Shown here: positions 25,919-33,289 of the stretch, piece after piece | Layout of the letters: each line of letters opens with the position of its first letter | How positions within the stretch are numbered: position 1 is the stretch's first letter | IMG/VR virus record: IMGVR_UViG_3300005805_000261 | Span: 1-33,693 of that record | Reading direction: 5' to 3' (one strand) | Length of the DNA stretch: 33,693 nucleotides | DNA from: a virus | Taxonomy: Duplodnaviria > Caudoviricetes | Program-made: the position numbers and the translations under genes | Notes under the pieces: generated by a model | What the model was told of the DNA's origin: nothing | The model's input: the letters and a program-made list of their open reading frames with translations, nothing else | The model's database searches: none

Positions 25919-25973
25919 GTGTGAGGTGACCCCATACCTCACGCTACGGCCTGTTCACCAGGCAGGCCCTCAG

Positions 25974-26336
25974 TTAAGATTGTTTAACTAATTGCACAGA
26001 GTGATATCTAATAAAATCATTAATAGAGTGCCACTCTTCTCCCTCACCAACGGTCATATCGGTAAAGTCGATAGTGATTGGATGGTCTAAGAAACCTTGG
26101 TCCCTTGGGTCCATCGCCGATATACCAAACCCAGTCTCTTCCAAAATCTGGTCTTTGATAATATAACTAATAGCCATACGAGTCGCATATGGAATGTCTC
26201 CCATTTGAATGCGTGGCTGTGCATGTTCTAATGCTGCAGCAAGCAACTCATACATATGGTCCTCGTCCCAGTGACTGTACAGGCATACCCCGTAGTCCTC
26301 TGACTGTTTAAATACAAAGTTACAACGTGCTCCCAT
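25974..26336 (-). CDS. Hypothetical protein (MGARCNF...LYSHW)
   Basis: GAGGA RBS; conserved-looking N-terminus. Confidence 0.7.
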   Translation of the reverse strand: MGARCNFVFKQSEDYGVCLYSHWDEDHMYELLAAALEHAQPRIQMGDIPYATRMAISYIIKDQILEETGFGISAMDPRDQGFLDHPITIDFTDMTVGEGEEWHSINDFIRYHSVQLVKQS

Positions 26337-26337
26337 T

Positions 26338-26667
26338 TTAGTACTCGTCATCCTCCTCAAACACAATCACTACCTTCGTGATTCTGTTATCATCATTAAA
26401 CTCAGCATAGACAGGATAAAGTCCGTCTCCATAGCCAGTAGTAAAAGCAACGGCAGAGCCATTGCCTAACACTCCATAGCCTTTATCTAAAGTTACTCCA
26501 CATGCGCCAAGGTAGCCGTATTCTCCAGCCTTAGCCTCATGTTTGTCAAAGGTGTCTACCTCTGAATTCCATGGCTCCCATTCGTCAAGATAGCAAGGGT
26601 CGCCAACCATGGCTTGCCCGCTGTCAACACAAAATGAGCCGATAAGTGTCATTTGTTTGGTGTTCAT
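26338..26667 (-). CDS. DUF4241-like protein
   Basis: VDSGQAMVGDPCY...TGYGDGLYPVY; AGAAAGGA RBS; TTGACA-17-TAACAT promoter (26725-26697). Confidence 0.7.
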   Translation of the reverse strand: MNTKQMTLIGSFCVDSGQAMVGDPCYLDEWEPWNSEVDTFDKHEAKAGEYGYLGACGVTLDKGYGVLGNGSAVAFTTGYGDGLYPVYAEFNDDNRITKVVIVFEEDDEY

Positions 26668-26739
26668 TATTTTCCTTTCTGTTAGTGGTTGTATTAATGT
26701 TATCAAATTCCAGCGGTATTGTCAACTGGATCCATTCAT

Positions 26740-27042
26740 TCATAGGTGCCCGTCTTTTCTATTTTCTTCTATCAAACCAATAGCAAATGATAGGTCATAT
26801 GTCAAACTATATAGATTAGAAAGAGCGTCAAACTGCCCCTCCCAATATTTACGTTCCATAGATTCCATGGCGTCACTGAAGTCGTTCTCCTCCTCTATAC
26901 GCTGTGCTTCTGTAAGTTGCTGTTCAGCCTCTAGCATTAAAACTTTGAGGTGCCCATGCATGATATCGATACCACTAATACCATGGTTTACCTGTCGCTG
27001 CAGATATGGGTCTAGAGTTGTTGGTGTTATTTCCATTATCAT
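26740..27042 (-). CDS. Hypothetical helical protein
   Basis: Coupled ORF. Confidence 0.7.
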   Translation of the reverse strand: MIMEITPTTLDPYLQRQVNHGISGIDIMHGHLKVLMLEAEQQLTEAQRIEEENDFSDAMESMERKYWEGQFDALSNLYSLTYDLSFAIGLIEENRKDGHL

Positions 27043-27236
27043 CCTTCCTGTGCTTGACTTAGTATGTATCTCATACCAGTGACCTGTCCGCTAATAAAGT
27101 TATATTCAATATCTAAATCAGCAAAGTCTTTAGAGTTCATGTCTAATAAATCCATTTGTTCTGTTAAACCCTCTAGGTCTTGTTCAAGACTAATAATAGT
27201 AATCTTGACAAACTCAATCAGCGTTTGCAAATTCAC
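27039..27236 (-). CDS. Hypothetical coiled-coil protein
   Basis: GAGGT RBS plus GTG. Confidence 0.6.
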   Translation of the reverse strand: MNLQTLIEFVKITIISLEQDLEGLTEQMDLLDMNSKDFADLDIEYNFISGQVTGMRYILSQAQEG

Positions 27237-27918
27237 GGTGCACCTCACATTCCATAACGTTTTCCATATCTGCCTCTCCTAAATAGTGGCACTCTGAGCA
27301 TATCTCACCACAGTCGTTTTCGCAATACTCTAGAGTGTTATTTGAATCACAGTCTCTGCATTTGTTTTCATATGATTCTATTTCATTTATGTTCCCTGCC
27401 TCAAACTGCATGAGACCACCCCACCCTGTTTCTTCTTCATAGGATAGTTCAATGGCAAGGTCAGGATACATTTGTGATAGTTTAGTTATAGCCTCAGTAG
27501 GTGGGGACCACGCAGTATTGAAGCGGTATGAAAGCATATCTTCACTCTCATCTTGTAACTCAGTCTCAGGATACTCATCATTATCTCTTACAGCAACGTC
27601 CCATTTGGTTCCCCAGTTACGAACATTCCAGTCATACCAGCAGTTGCCTTTGAACATCAAGACTTCTTCCATTGGCAGGGTATAGTCAGGTTGCTTTATA
27701 TAATCCTCATCAGATACGCCGTCCTGAATATGATTGTATATATTATGAAACGCAAACACAGGGTTTGAGTAAGTGGTTTGAGATATTTCCATTTCACCTG
27801 TAGTCATATTCCATGAATCATGGTTTTTGACAAAAGGTTTGTTGAGTTGTCGTTTTACATCTGCAATGAGTTCAGGCTTACCCTCAATGGTAAGACTGTT
27901 ATAACACCAATTTGGCAT
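27214..27918 (-). CDS. DUF1281/YubB ferredoxin-like domain protein with C-terminal Cys cluster
   Basis: MPNWCYN...WYDWNVRNWGTKWD...FNTAWSPP; promoter TTGACA-17-GATAAT (27978-27950). Confidence 0.8.
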   Translation of the reverse strand: MPNWCYNSLTIEGKPELIADVKRQLNKPFVKNHDSWNMTTGEMEISQTTYSNPVFAFHNIYNHIQDGVSDEDYIKQPDYTLPMEEVLMFKGNCWYDWNVRNWGTKWDVAVRDNDEYPETELQDESEDMLSYRFNTAWSPPTEAITKLSQMYPDLAIELSYEEETGWGGLMQFEAGNINEIESYENKCRDCDSNNTLEYCENDCGEICSECHYLGEADMENVMECEVHREFANAD

Positions 27919-27997
27919 TCTGAGGTCCTTTCTCTACTCTCGTAATGCTATTATCCCAAAATCAGGGGATTCTGTCAAGCCTTCGTAAAGCCATAGA

Positions 27998-28177
27998 TCA
28001 GAGTTCACCCTCTATGCGCTGTGATTCACATTCCATGCATTTACCCTCAGATACATCATGATATTCTTTATAATCAACATCCTCCAGGTTCCCTGCTGCG
28101 TCATACGTGGCCTCGTTATAACTATTCTCCATATAAGAAAATTTAACGGTATTGCCACAATCTAAACACTTAGGCAT
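27998..28177 (-). CDS. 59-aa zinc-ribbon protein (absent from ORF track)
   Basis: MPKCLDCGN...KCMECES. Confidence 0.7.
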   Translation of the reverse strand: MPKCLDCGNTVKFSYMENSYNEATYDAAGNLEDVDYKEYHDVSEGKCMECESQRIEGEL

Positions 28178-28329
28178 TAGGACCCCCAGTATTGTAGGAC
28201 GGTAGTCATAGTATTATGTAATGCACAATCACAGTCTCCACCATTCATGTTCTCCATGAACTCAAAGTGTGATAGATTATCTTCGTATATAGTTGTAACT
28301 AGTTCATCAATTGTATATAGTTTAGACAT
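28177..28329 (-). CDS. 50-aa hypothetical protein (absent from ORF track)
   Basis: MSKLYTIDELV...GGDCDCALH; TAATG coupling. Confidence 0.65.
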   Translation of the reverse strand: MSKLYTIDELVTTIYEDNLSHFEFMENMNGGDCDCALHNTMTTVLQYWGS

Positions 28330-28417
28330 TTCTCTTCTCCTCTATACATTTAAAACAAATCTCTTTATTACCTACATAAACAGTCATTACTTTATATGCA
28401 CTACAGATATCACACAT
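28322..28417 (-). CDS. 31-aa CxxC...CxxC peptide
   Basis: MCDICSAYKVMTVYVGNKEICFKCIEEKRNV; GAGGT RBS. Confidence 0.55.
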   Translation of the reverse strand: MCDICSAYKVMTVYVGNKEICFKCIEEKRNV

Positions 28418-28637
28418 AGACCTCTCCCATACTCTTATAATACGCTGGAAGTCCAATAATGTCAACTTCATGAGATACATCAGGATATATTCTTAGAAGA
28501 TGATTTAATGCATCCCCTGCGGTATCAAAGTCACTATAGTTACTAGAATGGCCAAGGCCCTCATTTATTTCTAGTTCCCAACAGTCAATGCCACCTGGAG
28601 ACACTGAGTATTCCATTTCAAATATACGTGATTTCAT
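28410..28637 (-). CDS. Hypothetical protein
   Basis: TAATG coupling. Confidence 0.65.
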   Translation of the reverse strand: MKSRIFEMEYSVSPGGIDCWELEINEGLGHSSNYSDFDTAGDALNHLLRIYPDVSHEVDIIGLPAYYKSMGEVYV

Positions 28638-28783
28638 TATTCAATATCTTCTAATACTTCATAGGTCATATTGTCAGCCATGGCGGTATCCATAAAATCA
28701 TTTATCCATGAATCCATGCTGGCAATAAACTCTTCCTCAGTATACTCATTATCAAATGTAAACTGTATGGTTATTTGTTTCAT
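28637..28783 (-). CDS. 48-aa acidic protein (absent from ORF track)
   Basis: AGAAAGGG RBS; upstream promoter TTGATT...TGCTAAAAT. Confidence 0.65.
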   Translation of the reverse strand: MKQITIQFTFDNEYTEEEFIASMDSWINDFMDTAMADNMTYEVLEDIE

Positions 28784-28900
28784 TGCTACCCTTTCTGTGG
28801 TAAATAAATTTTAGCAAAATTTGGGGAAAAAATCAAGTCCTTCTTAATGAAAAGTCACTAAAAATATTAGGACAAAACGGACACCCCCGGGCCGCATTTG

Positions 28901-28975
28901 CGATGCGTATGGGATTTGAACCCATGATCTCTACCGTGACAAGGTAACGATTTAACCAAACTAATCTAACGCACC
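28901..28975 (-). tRNA. tRNA-Asp(GTC)
   Basis: Acceptor GGTGCGT/ACGCATC; anticodon arm TTACC-TTGTCAC-GGTAG; T-arm ATGGG-TTCAAAT-CCCAT; discriminator G. Confidence 0.9.
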
Positions 28976-28986
28976 AAATAAAAAAG

Positions 28987-29014
28987 TGAGCAGTTTATAC
29001 TCTTGCTCAGGAGT
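28987..29014 (-). ncRNA. H-type pseudoknot motif, copy C
   Basis: ACTC-C-TGAGCA-A-GAGT-ATAAAC-TGCTCA. Confidence 0.72.
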
Positions 29015-29023
29015 TGCGATTAC

Positions 29024-30040
29024 TTACGCAATCGCTAGAACATCCTTTACTACTTTGAGCAAACGATTTTTTTCTGCGTTGATAGTAGCGTCAAAACCAC
29101 TAGCAGCGGCAAGTAGTGATTCGTTATTACCACTACGAGCAGACCTGTGCCAATCAAGGCGTTCGGTTAGAGCATTGAAAGCACCCCAAGCGTTTCCAGC
29201 AATCATGCCATTGAATTCGCCTGTGTAAATATCGTTGATAACATCAACTTTATTTTCCCATTTCTTTACCGCACCCTTAGAATCCTTTTCAGGTTTAGGA
29301 TAAGCAGCGAGAATGATATTGTTGAAATCTTGCGCTGTGATTTCTTTACTAATCATAGCGTGAGCCAACTTATCGAATTCATCCATGTAAGCATTAGCAA
29401 GACCAAGAGCCTCACGAGCAATTTGGACTTTACCATTTGCGGTCTGCGTGTGGCGAATCTTGAAAGATTGCTTGATAGCATTACGCCCACGCTTGCTACC
29501 TAAAGCAAGATTGAGAGTGTTAGCACACACAACACGAACGGGAGTGATAGAAGCCTGAATAGCAATAGAGCCGTCATGTGATGTATTGATTAGCAAATAT
29601 GTCTTTACTTTATCAGCAACACCATTAGGGTCTAATACTGTTTCACGCTCAAGAGCAAGTGAGCCGAATACAACACGACCACCACGAATTGAGCCAGCGG
29701 TTTCCCAACGACCTCCGCCGTCTAGGATATTATCACCGAATGAAAATAAATCTTCATTCTGTAAAACATGATAACGCTCACCAACAACACCAAGAACATC
29801 TGTCTGAGATGAATCGGTAGGGTTAGTTCTAACAACATATTGATAAGATTTATCTGAGGTTAGAGTATTTGGAATTTCAACATCAACTAATCTAACATTC
29901 CAATTGTTTAGATTAGCAGCAGCAAGCATTTCTGCCGTATTTTTTTCTTCTGTGAATACTGTGCCAAGACCATGCCAAGCAGGTTCACGGAAGGAAGCGA
30001 AAGAAGCAACGCCATTTTGCGTTTCTAGTTCATGCGCCAT
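29024..30040 (-). CDS. DUF932 (phage/plasmid-like TIGR03299 family) protein
   Basis: MAHELE...PAWHGLG...WETAGS...YLLINTSHDGS...TPVRVVCANTL...IRHT. Confidence 0.9.
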   Translation of the reverse strand: MAHELETQNGVASFASFREPAWHGLGTVFTEEKNTAEMLAAANLNNWNVRLVDVEIPNTLTSDKSYQYVVRTNPTDSSQTDVLGVVGERYHVLQNEDLFSFGDNILDGGGRWETAGSIRGGRVVFGSLALERETVLDPNGVADKVKTYLLINTSHDGSIAIQASITPVRVVCANTLNLALGSKRGRNAIKQSFKIRHTQTANGKVQIAREALGLANAYMDEFDKLAHAMISKEITAQDFNNIILAAYPKPEKDSKGAVKKWENKVDVINDIYTGEFNGMIAGNAWGAFNALTERLDWHRSARSGNNESLLAAASGFDATINAEKNRLLKVVKDVLAIA

Positions 30041-30143
30041 TTGTTTTCCTTTCATTAGTTATTTACAACCAATCTTAGCAGACAAGGGGGACAAAAGTCA
30101 AATCATCCTGTTAGATATGGGATAAATCGGACACCATCTTAAA

Positions 30144-30159
30144 TGTGATTAAAATCACA
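30144..30159. promoter_or_regulatory. CRP/GlxR-type palindrome
   Basis: TGTGA-TTAAAA-TCACA upstream of promoter TTGACT-18-TAAGAT (30101-30072). Confidence 0.65.
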
Positions 30160-30179
30160 GGCCCCCGGGTTTTTTTGTG

Positions 30180-30208
30180 GGGCCAGTTTTCAATCATGGC
30201 CCAGGATC
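30180..30208 (-). ncRNA. H-type pseudoknot motif, variant copy F
   Basis: GATC-CT-GGGCCA-T-GATT-GAAAAC-TGGCCC. Confidence 0.65.
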
Positions 30209-30223
30209 TTGGATAGCCCCCTA

Positions 30224-30679
30224 TCACAACATTGAAATGTTATCCACTTCTGCATCTGCGCTTATTTCATATCCATATGAATCAACATTGACATACAAAT
30301 CAAGATTATCAATATCAAAATCTTTTAGGTCTGCAAGCGGTATGCTAACAGTTCCTGTGATTGTTGCAGTTGCTTCGAATTCAATCTCTCTAGTTGGATT
30401 CAATCCAAAGATGCTGCAGATATCAGCAATAATCTCTTCTGAATCCATATCAAGATAATCAGGAAGACGGTTTTCTAACTGTCCTACCTTATCAGAATAC
30501 TCAGATAGTCTCTTAGACTTTCTACGGGCTTGTTCTAGTTCCCATTCAATCTCTGTTACCTTTACAGTGGGATAGTGGTTTGTTGTTTCTACCCCTCCAT
30601 CACTATCAATAACCTTATAGGTTACTAACTGGTTAGGGTTGTAGTGGGCTGGCACTACTGTTTCGTTATTTGTTTCCAT
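30224..30679 (-). CDS. Hypothetical acidic protein
   Basis: Long ORF with AAAGGA RBS. Confidence 0.75.
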   Translation of the reverse strand: METNNETVVPAHYNPNQLVTYKVIDSDGGVETTNHYPTVKVTEIEWELEQARRKSKRLSEYSDKVGQLENRLPDYLDMDSEEIIADICSIFGLNPTREIEFEATATITGTVSIPLADLKDFDIDNLDLYVNVDSYGYEISADAEVDNISML

Positions 30680-30943
30680 TTATTCAATGTCCTTTCCCAT
30701 TGTTTCCATTTCTTTTATTGTTTCTAGCATATCATTTAGTTGGCTTTCAGTCAAGCAGGCATGAGTAACTAGGGTAGCAGTCATAGCAGAGAGATGAGCA
30801 GAATACATAAACATGGCTTTGATAAAGTCTTCCTCATCTAGTTCGTGTCTGTGATGAAAAATAGCAGAAGCCATTCCCATAACTTCCTCATCATGAACGG
30901 CGTTTTTAGTTGCCTCTTGTATTGCTAATGCGGTTGATATCAT
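30680..30943 (-). CDS. Hypothetical helical protein
   Basis: AGAAAGGAAA RBS; promoter TTGTAT-17-TAAACT (31004-30976). Confidence 0.75.
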   Translation of the reverse strand: MISTALAIQEATKNAVHDEEVMGMASAIFHHRHELDEEDFIKAMFMYSAHLSAMTATLVTHACLTESQLNDMLETIKEMETMGKDIE

Positions 30944-31024
30944 TAGGGGGTTTCCTTTCTTGTTGGTAAGTATTTAGTTTAGCAGAAATCAGGGGAAAAT
31001 ACAAATCGTACCGTAAACCATTGG

Positions 31025-31040
31025 TGTGATAATGATCACA
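31025..31040. promoter_or_regulatory. CRP/GlxR-type palindrome
   Basis: TGTGA-TAATGA-TCACA. Confidence 0.65.
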
Positions 31041-31062
31041 GGTCCCGGGGGATTTTTTTTGG

Positions 31063-31090
31063 AGAGCAGTTTTAACTCATGCTCAGGAGT
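31063..31090 (-). ncRNA. H-type pseudoknot motif, copy D
   Basis: ACTC-C-TGAGCA-T-GAGT-TAAAAC-TGCTCT. Confidence 0.7.
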
Positions 31091-31224
31091 AAGGTTCTCA
31101 AGGGACTTTCGCAGAAAGTTCAATCTAATCTAGTTTTAGATCGCAGTCTGCCTTGAACACAGAGAACAATTTTGTTGTGACGGGGGGAATTCCGATTACA
31201 CACCCGAAACCCGTCACAATTTTA

Positions 31225-31392
31225 TTAGTATGTCTTTACCATAGCAAAACGCTTTGCGCCGTTGCTAAGTGTAAGACCTACACGAGTTACATTTTGTCTG
31301 ATAGGTGTAAAGGAGTGAATACGCCCTGTAACGCCTGTCTTAGAAGTAGTGAATAAGTCGCCTACTTGATAAGTGTATCCGCCTAGTGTCAT
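31225..31392 (-). CDS. 55-aa SH3/KOW-like beta protein (absent from ORF track)
   Basis: MTLGGYTYQVGDLFTTSKTGVTGRI...; AGAAAGGAAA RBS; paralog of 32009-32179. Confidence 0.75.
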   Translation of the reverse strand: MTLGGYTYQVGDLFTTSKTGVTGRIHSFTPIRQNVTRVGLTLSNGAKRFAMVKTY

Positions 31393-31470
31393 TTGTTTTC
31401 CTTTCTGTTTGGTGATACTACAAGTCTAACATTTTTGAGGGGGGAAGTCAAATACCCTTCCCCCACACTA

Positions 31471-31893
31471 TTACAAGTATCTTGCGATAGAGTTGTAAGT
31501 AGAAGTGGAAACTGTTTCCTCATCTGTCATTTTGAGAATACGGATAGCGTTCTCAATTTCATCTACCATTTCCTTGTATTGCCAATCGTGGAAAGACTCA
31601 AAATCTTTCTTTGGCTCATCAGGTAGTTCAATAGAGCCTTTAGGCAAATTGAAATCTACATTTATTTGTCCGTTATAGCGAACATTAGCAGACAAGTCCT
31701 CTGCCTTAGCAATTTGAGCAAGTGCTAACTTAGCAACCTCTTTGTTGTAAGCCTTTTGAGCCTTCTCAAACTTTTCCTCATTTACTTTTTGATTAGCCTT
31801 ATCCTTTTGGAGTTGAGCCAATTTAGTTTCTAGTGCCTTGATTACTTTGGTTGTAGCAATCTTGACATTTATGCTTTTGCTATTTCTAGCCAT
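31471..31893 (-). CDS. Hypothetical coiled-coil protein
   Basis: AGAAAGGAAA RBS; own promoter. Confidence 0.8.
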   Translation of the reverse strand: MARNSKSINVKIATTKVIKALETKLAQLQKDKANQKVNEEKFEKAQKAYNKEVAKLALAQIAKAEDLSANVRYNGQINVDFNLPKGSIELPDEPKKDFESFHDWQYKEMVDEIENAIRILKMTDEETVSTSTYNSIARYL

Positions 31894-31959
31894 TGGTGTT
31901 TCCTTTCTGTTTGGTGTTTGGGGTATCTATCCTAGCATTTTCTAGGTAAGAAATCAAAT

Positions 31960-31992
31960 TGAGCCTTTTATCCTTGACTTGCTCAGGTCAGG
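31960..31992 (-). ncRNA. H-type pseudoknot motif, copy E
   Basis: (CC)TGAC-C-TGAGCA-A-GTCA-AGGATAAAAG-GCTCA. Confidence 0.65.
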
Positions 31993-32008
31993 TTAGCGTT
32001 TGCTAAGT

Positions 32009-32179
32009 TTAGGCGTTTTTTGCTGTCCAAGTAGTCCAGCGAGTTTTGCCTTCTACATCAAGTTTGACACGAATTGTATTCTTGTCAGTTGGCACGATTT
32101 CCTTGATAACACCTGTTATCTTAGACTTTTGTGAAGTGTAGGTATCGCCCACCTTGTATAGTGCGTTTGCTACTGCCAT
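32009..32179 (-). CDS. 56-aa SH3/KOW-like beta protein (absent from ORF track)
   Basis: MAVANALYKVGDTYTSQKSKITGVI...; GAAAGGAAA RBS; TTGACA promoter. Confidence 0.75.
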   Translation of the reverse strand: MAVANALYKVGDTYTSQKSKITGVIKEIVPTDKNTIRVKLDVEGKTRWTTWTAKNA

Positions 32180-32269
32180 TGTATTTCCTTTCGTTTGGTT
32201 GTTGTATTATTATCGCATTTTTGGTATTTATTTGTCAAATCAAAATCCCAAAAATCTCATTATTTGAGA

Positions 32270-32338
32270 TTATTCATTACCCATGCCAGCGATCACCAGC
32301 AGAAGGGCAATGCCTAATAGTATTATTAGTAGTTCCAT
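32270..32338 (-). CDS. 22-aa single-TM peptide MELLIILLGIALLLVIAGMGNE
   Basis: AGGT RBS directly after the Gp88-like stop. Confidence 0.5.
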   Translation of the reverse strand: MELLIILLGIALLLVIAGMGNE

Positions 32339-32343
32339 GCCAC

Positions 32344-33060
32344 CTACCTTTTCTTAGCCGAGAATACTATGTCCGCTTTGTTATAGACACATAGACTACA
32401 TTTTACACAAGCAGACCCTTCTTTGTCAATCAGGGGAATAGCCTTTTTATTCTCAGGGCATTTTGCGCCTACCTTGCCAATCATGGCTTTCATGTCTGCC
32501 TGCCCTATTGCGAAGGTATCTGCAAGGTATGCAAGTCTAATACCATTATTAGATAAGATTACTGCCTCATCTTTGTTATCGCTATCAGTACTAAAATAGA
32601 GAGATAGGTTTTCGATACCCTTTAGAATTTGAGCAGCGGCGGGTACACGAGTATAAACCCAGAATTGTATATCTGTATTATTAGAGATAACCTGTTTCCA
32701 TGCTAGTGTATAAGTATCATTGAAAAAGTCTCCGTCCCAGTGGATACGGAATAACTTTTGAGCATTACGCTTATCACAATCTTTTCTAAACTCATCTATC
32801 ATTTCGGATAGAAGGTTTTCCATAGTTTCTTGATTAGCGTCTTTGAGTAAGTTCCAGTTATGAAGTAGAGTGTCCCTTACTCCTTTGTAGATTTTTTCGA
32901 GTTTGCCTGCATAGCAGACCTTAGCACATACATCGGTTTGACCAGGACAAGAGTAAGACTTTCCAGCAGGGAGACCGAAGGTGTTTGCAATGGTTGGGGT
33001 TTTTCCGTTTGGTGAGACTGCATTTGCTACCTTTCTATCATTAGAGCGTTTGAGTTTCAT
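32344..33060 (-). CDS. Gp88-like protein (mycobacteriophage gene 88 family, Cys-rich)
   Basis: FGLPAG..SCPG...C...CYAGK...FRIHWDGDFF...FWVYTR...CP...C..C.LC; promoter TTGACA-17-TAGAAT (33108-33080). Confidence 0.8.
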   Translation of the reverse strand: MKLKRSNDRKVANAVSPNGKTPTIANTFGLPAGKSYSCPGQTDVCAKVCYAGKLEKIYKGVRDTLLHNWNLLKDANQETMENLLSEMIDEFRKDCDKRNAQKLFRIHWDGDFFNDTYTLAWKQVISNNTDIQFWVYTRVPAAAQILKGIENLSLYFSTDSDNKDEAVILSNNGIRLAYLADTFAIGQADMKAMIGKVGAKCPENKKAIPLIDKEGSACVKCSLCVYNKADIVFSAKKR

Positions 33061-33090
33061 GGGGTTCCTTTCTTATTTTATTCTAACATT

Positions 33091-33222
33091 TTATTCGGGT
33101 TTTGTCAATTTTTTATGCTTGACCTTTCGGGAATAAATTTTTTTGTTGCGTAATGGCGCAGCAGCATTAGATCTACGTAATTCTTGTAATCTACGTAATT
33201 GCTCTGCCGTTTTTTTCCACAT
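33091..33222 (-). CDS. 43-aa basic peptide, leaderless (absent from ORF track)
   Basis: MWKKTAEQLRRLQELRRSNAAAPLRNKKIYSRKVKHKKLTKPE; TTGATT-17-TAAGAT 6 nt before ATG. Confidence 0.7.
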   Translation of the reverse strand: MWKKTAEQLRRLQELRRSNAAAPLRNKKIYSRKVKHKKLTKPE

Positions 33223-33289
33223 AAAATAATCTTATCATAAAAATGTCATAAAATCAAATCGGACAAATCGGACAGCCCCGGGGGCTTTT

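Noticed and set aside
28987-29014. Hammerhead ribozyme or preQ1/SAM-II riboswitch identity for the pseudoknot motif
   Set aside because: Lacks the CUGAnGA/GAAA three-stem core and the diagnostic nucleotides I recall for those aptamers; a formal Rfam scan is still needed
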